Assembly (NCBI RefSeq): GCF_009914755.1
Contig: NC_060932.1
Reading direction: 5' to 3' (one strand)
DNA length: 64,000 nucleotides
From: the human T2T-CHM13v2.0 reference genome, Homo sapiens
The position numbers were made by a program, and so were the translations under genes. The notes below the pieces were generated by a model that worked only from the letters and a program-made list of their open reading frames with translations, was not told the DNA's origin and did no database searches. Of the stretch, positions 53,421 through 64,000 are shown one piece after another (within the stretch, counting starts at the first letter, position 1; each line of letters starts with the position of its first letter).

Positions 53421-53744
53421 CAGAAGAACTTGATAATGTTTCCATTTTTAAAATTCTACTTCTAACTCCTTCAGCATTTACTCATTAGATTTGGGAAAAT
53501 CACGTTGTCTTTCAAATCAAGCCTTATCTTCTACAAAATAGGGAAAATAAAATGAAAATACATTTGGCAGAAGAAAATGAAACACAGTGTATTAAAATGT
53601 TGTCAAAAAAATTACGAGGCTACGTGAACAGCATTGAGGCTTTAGATAATGCTTTTGCAGTTTTTATTACACTAACCTTCCCATACATAGTAATTTTAAA
53701 CTCAGGAAAGAATGAAAATAATCAGTTTGAAGATACTAGAGAGT

Positions 53745-53943
53745 GATCAATAGCAGATAATAGAATAGTTGCTAGGGGTTGAGGGTCAGGGATTGCTTAA
53801 AGTTTCAGTCAAGAAGATGAATAAGTTCTAGAACTTTGCTGTACAACAGTGTATCTATAGTCAACAATACTGTATTATACATGTAAAGATCTGTCAAGAG
53901 GATAGATCTCATGTTGTGCTTTTTTACAATTAAAAAATAATAA
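53745..53943 (+). mobile_element. L1MA/MB 3' end fragment
   Basis: AAGATGAATAAGTTCTAG..GCTGTACAACAG..AACAATACTGTATT..TAGATCTCATGTT. Confidence 0.75.
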
Positions 53944-53944
53944 A

Positions 53945-54895
<951 letters not shown>

Positions 54896-57800
54896 TAAAT
54901 AATCAGGGTGTTTTTAATGCCTAATTTATAGAAACTTGTATAACCAGATGTTGACTGAGACTTTTCATATTTTGAAAAATTATAGTTTAATACCAAAGCC
55001 AAGAAACATGGCACTATGTACTGTGCATTCTAGAGCCAGAAAGCTAATTAGGGCTACTGACTTCTGAGGATGTAGCCTTCCCCTTTTGCCCAAGTTAATA
55101 TAACATGAACACAGAAGACTGGAAAAGGAGTAAGCTTCATGGAGGCCAAGTGAGAGAGGCTCTGGAAGAGTCACTCATGAAGAACAGAGGCCCTGCTTGG
55201 AAAGACACCTGCATGCCATTCCCTGGCTGGACAACACAGCTCATTTTGTGAAGCTCTACAGGGGAGCATGGAAGAGACAGTTCTTGAAAGAGTGCTCTGA
55301 CAGATTAGGAGTGCATCAAATTATTGTTCTCAAACATTCTAACCCCACAGTGGACAATAGGGGCTATTTCTTCACGTGTCCCCCGAAGTGGGGAGGAACA
55401 GTTGAATATAAACAACCAACCTACTTCTTCCCTAGGCTGTTGGCTAACATATTCCAGCTGAGTTTCAAAGGACTGTAGCATAGCCTAAGATAAGGATAGT
55501 ACAAACTGACACCATCTCAGCATGCTGTGGTCCTTGGAGGGCACAAGAAAGTGCCACATTGATCCCAGTGGAACTACTTAAAAAGACACTTGAAAGAGAA
55601 GGAGCTGTGAGGCTTTCCAGGCCCAGTCAATTGTTGGGACACCCAAAAAGAAGAAAATATTGGGGATATGTACCTTGGGAACAGCTAAAGGCACACATAG
55701 TTGTCCCTCTGAGGGAGAAGTTGGAGTGGACTGGGTTGAGCTCAACAAGAAAACCACAAACACTATCTGTGTGCAGAATCCATACAGATCACCTCAATGT
55801 CAGAAGCCACCAGTAACAAAAGAAAAAAAACATTTCCCCACTGCCAATAAAAGACACATACAAATGCCACCCATCTCTCATCTTTCTGTCACCAATATTG
55901 AAATAGCTAGTGTCTCTTCTAAGAGGGAGGATGAGCAATGAGACCATGTTTTCTCTTAACCTTCAAGTATGCCACACTAGATAAAGAGGAGTGGAGCTTT
56001 GAATTGGACTTGAGATTTAATTTTAAAATGTTTTTAAATAAAGTGAACTGAGTATTAATCACTAGATGAAAGTGTCCCATAACCAAAATGGCTGAGAAAA
56101 GTTTGAATTGGACCAGGCGTCTCTAGTTGCCTGTTATCCAGAAAAATTCAGGAAAGTGGTTAAACGATTTCATATTTACACGTCAGTGAGTTGACTTCTC
56201 AATAAACCTGTTATACATGTCATTGTAATTTCATAGTAAAATAGGTGTGGGCCTTAAAATCAAATTATAATAAGCTAAATTTGACATTATTTAATTTAGG
56301 AGTTAAGAGCTATAAGCTCATTAGATTCTTTTGATAAGTGATAGTCTTCTCAAGTTATCATTGGGATACCAATGTGAATTATACAAATAGTTATTTTTCA
56401 TAAGACATTCTGATACGGCAGGCTCAAGGAGTTAGCTGAAAAATTTAGAATTGACCTCTATTCATGTGTGTACCTCTGAATAAAACTCTATGAAAGGGAC
56501 TTTAAAAATATATTTCATTTGCAATAATTAACTTGAATTCTCCATAAGAAATAATTTAGTTCCATAAGGTTGGCCTTTTTTGGTAACTTTCAAATGAAAT
56601 CTATTATTTAAACTAAATTCAATCAAACTCATCATAAATATTGAGACTGATTTTTAAGGCCACAAGCCTAAATAACAATCCTTCTATAATTTTAAAGGGT
56701 TTAAATGTACCTTACATTTCAATATATAAACCTGTGTATATAGAACTAAAATCATCAAAAGGAAAATTGAAATTCTTCATCTATGATATAATGAATTATA
56801 AAATTAAACATAAAGTTAGAAAAGCTCCCAAATCTTAAGTATTGTGGACACACTTCAGAAAATGAGACTGACCAGATATTGACAGAAGAGTAAGAGGACT
56901 TCCCAGTTGACAGTAAGTTGATTTGCCCAGCCTTAGGGTCAAGTGTGAAATGATCAGCAGCTGCAAATTAGCAATGTGCCTATGCTTTGTATACACAGAT
57001 ATAATTAGGAGACCAAGGTTGTGTCTGTTTCTATATGTTTGGCAAAATATGCTTATGAAGTCATATTAACAAAATTTTCCAATTGAGATTGCCGCCAAGA
57101 GTTTATTTCTTTAATGTGCTGAGACCAAAATGCATCCTCTTCTTGGAAGGTATTCTCATCAATATTTGTGGGGAAAGTCTGAACAAAAACTCCGTTTCAC
57201 TAAATGGCTATATAATTGCACTTCTGTAGTATGTGTGAACACACTTTATTTCTAGGAGATGCCAAAACTGAATGAAAACTAAAAAAAAAAAAATCAAGTC
57301 AGTCATCTGGATGATTAGTGTCATGAGGACATAAACCAAGGCCTGCTGTGGTGAAAGATCTAAGTCCAATCCAACTCCAGAGTAAACAACTGTGTAATTA
57401 TTATTTATTTTTGAAGAATGTATATTTTCATAAACATACTCAGATTACAAATGGCTTCTCTCATGCAGTTACTATTTTGTCTGTTTGTCTCCCCACTCTC
57501 TCTTTCTCTTTTGTCTGTTACGGTACATTATAAGCCATGCTACGGTGCCTCCTGCAACTGCAGACCCAGTCCTACTCCCTCTCTCTATTTAGCACTCAGT
57601 GGGGAAAAGTACACATCATTGTGGACTGAGCCAGGAAGACAACGAGGTTTGGTTCAACTATAAGTTTTGAAACAGTAATGAGGGGAAGAAAGAGCTCCCA
57701 TTATCTGGAGGGGTGGCCTATCTAAAATCACTGTTTCTACTTGGTCTCTCAGCTATGGCCTTATTTTCTGCATAAGAAATTCTGAAGTTAGAAAAAAATA

Positions 57801-57904
57801 GAGCCCACTGTTTATTCCAAATGAAAACTTTTCCAAGAGCATGACTTAATCAAAATTTTTAAAGCCTATACTCTTATTAGGAAAGTACACTTAGTTGGTC
57901 TCCT

Positions 57905-58681
57905 TGATACAGACAAGAGGCAGGGAAATACTGGGTAGAACAAGTTCCCTGGCAAAGGCCCCACCCTCAAGCCTGGAAACCCACAACCCTAAATGGGAAT
58001 AGGCATTCCTGTTTTCATCTCCAAATGTTACCTTTTCTAAGACCACTCTGGCCTGCCATGCCCCTATCCTGTGTCCATATAAACCCCATGCTCCATGAGC
58101 AGAGGCACAGAGAAGCAGAAGAGCAGTAGAGTGGCAGAGTGGCAGAGCAGTTTGGTAGAGAAGGAGAGAAGAGAAGGAGCATCTGAACACCGAGAGGAGT
58201 TTGACTGGAGATGGTTGGAGAGGAGATCAGCTGCGGGATGGCCGAACTCCAGGGGAAGATCATCTTCCCACTCCATCCCCTTTCTAGCTCCCCATCCGTC
58301 CCAGTGAAAGCCATCTCCACTACTCAATAAAATCTCCACATTCACCATTCTTCAAGTCCAAATGACCTGATTCTTCCTGGATGTTGACCAAGGACCCAGG
58401 TACCAAGAGGGCAGAGTGTAAAAGGCTGTCACCCTGACTCTCCACTGAGCTGGTTTAACACTTAGCCATCTGTGGACAGCAACTGCTAAAAGAGGATGAA
58501 TTGTAATATACCCCTAGATGCTACATGGGGCTGCAGCCCAAAGTGCTCACCCTGGCTCCTGCACCTGCCTGTCTGCACGCTCCCCATCCCATAAAAGGTT
58601 TGAACACATGGCAGCCAAGCAAGTGAGCCGCACCTCTGTTGCAAGTCCTGCGAGGGGGTCAGGGAACTCTCTCCCATTTCA
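57905..58681 (+). mobile_element. LTR1-family ERV1 solo LTR
   Basis: TGATACAGAC..GGCAGGGAAATACTGGGTAGAA start, TATAAA near 58078, AATAAA near 58326, ends CAGGGAACTCTCTCCCATTTCA. Confidence 0.8.
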
Positions 58682-59019
58682 CCTTTGACTAAAAAATAAT
58701 TCTTTCTCAAATAAGGTCGTCAAAGAAGTAGTCTCAGGAGGAACAAGCCTAGATCTGTAGAAGGAAGGAGGATGCATCAGCCTAGTCATTCAGGTCAGCC
58801 AAGTTGATGCTGTCAGTGAACAGATTGACAGATGTCCCATCAAAGAACCATCACATGAAATCCAGCCTAAGCTCTACACACCAGCCAAGCCAGGCTACAA
58901 CCTATAATTGTGGTTACTATTCATATCCTTATATAATTTAATATTTAGTCTTCAAATTACTGATAACTTGTAACACTTTTTTGTGTTGGTTTATGATTTG
59001 TCTGATCGATGACATTGTC

Positions 59020-59336
59020 TTTTTTGTTTGGTTTGGGTTTTTTTTTTTTTTTTTGAGACAGAGTCTTGATCTGTCACACGGACTGGAGTGCAGTGGCACA
59101 ATCTTGGCTCACTGCAACCTCTGCCTCCCAGGTTCAAGTGACTCTCCTGCCTCAGCCTCCTGAGTAGCTGGGACTACAGGCAAGTGCCAACATGCCCGAC
59201 TAATTTTTGTATTTTTAGTAGAGATGGGGATTTTGCCATGTTGGCCAGGCTGGTCTCGATCTCCTAACCTCAAGTGATCCGGCTTCCTTGACGTCCAAAT
59301 TTCTGGGATTACAGGCATGAGCCACTGCACTTGGCC
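59020..59336 (-). mobile_element. Alu SINE (AluS)
   Basis: Antisense full dimer with T-rich tail. Confidence 0.95.
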
Positions 59337-60764
59337 AACACTGTTTGTTTTTGTCTGTTTGTTTGTTTGTTTTTTGTTTTTTGTTTGTTTGTTTGATTTT
59401 TACATTGAGTTTCCAAGTTTGAAACAAGATGAAGTCAACAGTGAGGTGGTGAATTATGTATTTCAATGGCTCAGTCATTAATTATGGTGTAGCATTTGGC
59501 TAAAGGCAGGAGATAAACAAATATACAGAATTGTCACTTTTTCTTCCTTCTTTACAACCTTGTAATTAGCATATGTGACTCATTTTTCAGTTCTACAGGC
59601 TGGTGTCATTCTGATGATTTGGATTTCCGAGACACAATATTAGTTGCCGTGCGGTATGGGGAGTAAAGAATAGCTCCACTGAGGAATATTGATAGCAACT
59701 TAGATTTCTACCAAAAACAAAAAATACAGATTCTATTAACTTAAGAATCTATCAATTAGGAAAAAGCCACTAACTAGTTGGAAAGTTGTATTCTTTCCAG
59801 AATTAAATCAGAAAGTTAGCCAAGTTATGTAGTATAAGAATAGTAGTTATGTAAGGAAGAATCTATCAGACACGCACACTTCAAAGTTTATACATTTTTA
59901 CTAGTAAGGCCTCCACAAAGAAGATGGCACCTTTCCCTTTCCCAAACTACAGTGGAAGAAAGGAGGGCGATTAGAGGGAAACCAATGTCTGTTAGTTTAT
60001 TAATCAGACTTTATTATACTTCCTTTGTTTTGAGTAAACTGGCTAATCCCTATCGTAATGAATGTTACCAAACCCAGTGAGTCATTATAACAAAGTGACC
60101 TCAGTTTAGGAATCAGGAGACGTGGTTTAAAGGACAAACCACATTCTGCAAATAATTTTTTTTAAAGGCAGTTTCCTCAAGAAAAGCAACATTGATATAT
60201 TTTTTTTCCTGTAAGAAGATGGAAAAAGAGAATCCATTTTAATGAATATCTATTTCAACTTAAAAAGTCCTGTGCTGAGGTCAGATTTAAAATACAAATG
60301 GAAAAATTGTCAAAATATCCAAAACAAACCTATTTTATTAGTAGACCAGCAGCTAAAAATGAAACACTTATCACACTCCTGCTAACATCTTATTTTAAAA
60401 TTTGAGTGTTTTCTTTTTCCCATGGAATAATGTGTAGTAATTAAAGCCAGCAAGTCTCTGATTAGTATGAAAATGTTACTCTATTATAAATTAAGAGTAA
60501 TAATGCCTTCTGTGCACATACCTGGCTAAAACTTGAGGATCTTTAAGAGGTTTTAGTGTGTAGGATGAGGACCTCATCAGCATGAGCACTAGGAAAGGGA
60601 TGCTAAGAACAGTGGACCTTTCGAAATGCCAAGAACAGTTTGCTTATTTGTAAAATTGGCAGGGCACAGTCACCCAGAAAGAAATTTGGCAAGGGTGTAC
60701 AGATCTGTCAATAACTGCCATGAGACTCAGGATCTGACTGGCAAGGAAGTTATTCAACCCTATT

Positions 60765-61172
60765 TGTATTAGTCTATTCTTGCATCACTCTAAAGAAATA
60801 TCTGAGACTGGGTAATGTGTAAAGAAGAGAGGTTTAATTGACTCACGGTTCCACAGGCTGTACAGGAAGCATGATGGCTTCTGGGGAGGCCTCAGGAAAC
60901 TTTCAATCATGGCGGAAGGCAAAGGGTAAGTAGGCACATCTTAACATTGCTATGGCAGAAGGAAGAGAGAGAGGGGAGAGGTGCTAGACACTTGTAAACA
61001 ACCAGATCTCGTGATAACTCACTCTCACCAGGGCAACACCAAGAGGGATGGTGGTAAACCATGAGAAACTGCCCCCCATGATCCAATCACCTCCCACCAG
61101 GCCCTACCTCCAACACTGGAGACTGTAATTCAACATGAGATTTGGATGGGGACACAGATCCAAACCATTTCA
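60765..61172 (-). mobile_element. MSTA-like MaLR solo LTR
   Basis: TGTATTAGTC..GAGACTGGGTAAT..GGGGACACAGATCCAAACCATTTCA; perfect 5-bp TSD CTATT (60760-60764, 61173-61177). Confidence 0.9.
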
Positions 61173-61623
61173 CTATTCTTTAATCATTTTATTTAATACT
61201 TAAACTAAATACAGCTGGCCAACTGCTGGCCTAAAGTTCCTCACCATTCTCTTAGCCTCTCCCACCCCCACCTATATAGTACTTGATCCTGCTGACCTGA
61301 ACCTATATAGGAACCAATATACACAGTGGTTCTGGACATCCATTGAAAGTCTGTTGAATATGATGCTCTGTTTCTTCATGCCGCTTGTCCATGGACTCCT
61401 AACCTTTTTTAAGATACCCATAAAGCAAGTAATTAAGAGCAAGCCACAAGGTTAGAAAGACACAGTACACATTTTCCCTTGGAGTCAATTAAGCCATTTA
61501 CCCCTGTTGCACTTTCACAGCATCATATATACTTCTTTTAGCTATTTTATCATTATGATATTATACGTATTTGTATAATCTTTTGATACAGCTATCCCTC
61601 GGTGATGCACAGCACAGTGTATC

Positions 61624-61696
61624 TTCCCCCCATCTGTCTTGTGTTGTACTCTGCCTTCGATTTCAGAAAAAAAAAAAGAACCGTTAATTGAATTAA
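61624..61696 (+). repeat. Copy A of a short dispersed direct repeat
   Basis: 40-bp core 39/40 identical to 63432-63471, then looser similarity ending TAATTGAATTAA. Confidence 0.9.
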
Positions 61697-62419
61697 TAGT
61701 GTATAACAGGTACATAATATGCTTTGTAGAATAAATGGATAATCGATTATCAAGTGGGTTACTTTTAGCTCAGAAAGACTCATCTACCGAATTTTAAAGC
61801 ATATAAAATCTGGGGTATGTTCACTTTATCGAAAATACTATAAAATTTCACTAGGACAGGATACATTTGGAATCTTTGCACACCCTTAGGGCTTTCATTT
61901 TTCTTTGAATTGTCCATGACCTATAAGTTTGCTAAGCAAATTAATTGTGTAAGCAAGTTTCCAAGAAATGTAAACAATATTACAGAGGATGTTCAAATTA
62001 CTAAAGTTAAAATCTTTTCAAAATACTTGGAAGGCATCAAATTGTATTTAAATACAGTACTATGCTATCCATTGCACTTTAATCTAATTCATAAATCTTC
62101 AGGTTTTTTCCAGATAACCCATCCTCAGCAGTTGCCTCTAGTTATTTTGTGGAGTCAAGAACAGTAAAGTTGGATTTCGAGACCCACCTTTCAGTGAATT
62201 CAGATGGCCCCTTCTCCAGTTGGTCTGAATTAGGGAAGTTTTAATGCATATTTATTTGGATATGTTAAAATTATTCTCCAAGGAGGATGGAAAAGACTGA
62301 TATATACACTCTGGGTCAAATGGATTCAAGTCCTATTATTTTAGGCCTCTGAAAAAGATTACAAGTGAAGCTGAACCTGGAGTGGTCCAGTCAAGAAATC
62401 ATATCATAGATTAGAGCTG

Positions 62420-62565
62420 TATTAGTCAAAGCATGGCCCATTATGTGCAAGCTTTACAGAAATTCATGGGTGCTACTCCAGATCTACTGATTCAGAAGCT
62501 GTTATAGGATTAAGAATCTGTGTTTGAAGAGGGTTTTAAATGCTGGAGTTTGGAAACTGCTGGGT
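62420..62565. mobile_element. MER5-type hAT fragment
   Basis: ACTCCAGATCTACTGATTCAGAA..AAGAATCTGTGTTT..AGTTTGGAAACTGCTG. Confidence 0.5.
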
Positions 62566-63431
62566 TAGAGCATTGGTCTCCAGCTGCTGTGTTCTTGCCT
62601 AAGAGATATGTACAAATGAAAAATATACATAATTGTGTAAGCAAAAATATTAGAATTTCTCTTATACATATATATACATGATCAGTTTCCATTTTCTATT
62701 TTTGTAAATGCTTTATAGTACTTTATATAGAAGTACATATATAACATAAAAATAAACAAATATACATTATAGATGCTAAAATGTTTACTTATGGAGTAGA
62801 CAATCAAAAAAAGTTTGGAAATACTGAGTCCAGAACATAGTAAATATCCATTTAATCTTTTGGAATGCAAATCCATTGTGTCTGGTTATAAACTATTTAA
62901 AATGGATGCTCTTTTCAGCAAAAGAAAATACAAGAAACATACCAAGAGTTTAGCACGGATTGCAATCTTTTAGCATTCTCCTTAAAAATAAAATGAAACT
63001 ATTCTACAAGTACACTTCAAGCCTGTTTTTCTGAGGAGGATGTTAGCAAGGTTTAAAAGGGCATGCAACTGAGGGAACTACCTATTATGGACCCAAATGA
63101 AGTCAGGTGATTTAGAGCAAATAAAGAATTAGGTGCCTTGAGAGAAAAAAAAATCAAACAATGGAAGTAAACAGGGGTTTACGTTCTCCTGTCTAATGGC
63201 TAGGAACAATTAGTTTGGGGAGCTGTAAGAGCACTGCAAAATTTAAAGAAGGTGGAGCAAGCCTGTAAGTACAGACTTAGCAGCTTAACATGCAATTCCC
63301 AGTAACAAAGACTCCCGTTCCCCATAACTGGTGAAATTGACTTCAGCTGTTGGGGTGAAGCAGTTCTTGATTTGAAGCACAGGGGAAAATCTCTTAAGAG
63401 CCTACAGAGTACGATCTTCCCTTTGTTATTT

Positions 63432-63511
63432 TTCCCCCCGTCTGTCTTGTGTTGTACTCTGCCTTCGATTTAAGAAACAAATAAATAAAAAGAGGACTGT
63501 AATTGAATTAA
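63432..63511 (+). repeat. Copy B of the short dispersed direct repeat
   Basis: TTCCCCCCGTCTGTCTTGTGTTGTACTCTGCCTTCGATTT, matching 61624-61663. Confidence 0.9.
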
Positions 63512-64000
63512 GAACAGTGAGTCCCAAACTGCATAGTTCTTCACTTGAGACCAAAAGAAGATTTGGTTTTGATCTTAGAGTAACCAGATGCCTCACTTTT
63601 AACAAATTCCCTTGACTTAACACACAAGTGCCCTTACCCAATCAAACAACAACAAAAAAAATTGTGTAACAAAATTAAGGGGGAGGAAGTGGGTAAAAAC
63701 AGCAAATGTTTCCCTTTTTCAAAGTGTGGGAATAGAAATATTCTCTTCTTTGGGTCTAAATATAAGTTTGCTTGCATTGATTTGTAGTAGAGAAATCAGA
63801 AATCAGGATGCTAAAAATCAAAGCAGAAAGACTAGGAGACAACTAAAATTTGGACAGGTATATATCTATTTATATTATTATCTAATGCTGAGAAAAAAAT
63901 TCTCCTAATATCATTTAAATGTTATAAAATACATGAACATCTATTAAATGGATTTTTGACTCATTTTTGTCAGTTTTTGAGATGCTTGTTGCTATTTAAC

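Noticed and set aside
57891-58348. Cluster of ~100-aa ORFs
   Set aside because: Essentially all within the LTR1-type solo LTR

Overview
AT-rich primate genomic DNA, very probably human: it contains an AluYa5 with all five diagnostic positions. I found no credible protein-coding gene, RNA gene or CpG island; the window reads as intergenic or deep intronic sequence. The ORF track is largely Alu-, L1-, ERV- and microsatellite-derived noise. The dominant structure is a nested transposon stack at about 12.4-24.2 kb: an L2 is split by an old L1M, which is split by a full-length MER57-type ERV1 provirus (both LTRs, 4-bp TSD CTAC, tRNA-Leu PBS, PPT, decayed integrase and env), which itself carries two Alus. 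About 18 Alus, several MaLR/ERV1 solo LTRs, MIRs, L2s, hAT MERs and a MADE1 fill the rest. The most unusual unexplained structures are: a ~216-bp AT-rich fold-back palindrome with a third arm copy (31.25-31.56 kb); a 143-bp inverted duplication inside the provirus that is better conserved than its LTR pair; a relic duplicated PPT/U3 junction; several short locally templated duplications; and a set of minus-strand exon-like units, including a possible 9-nt microexon, that may belong to a spliced non-coding transcript. Repeat family names come from recognition of consensus sequences from memory, not a database search; boundaries of old elements are approximate. No new biological system can be demonstrated from this sequence alone.
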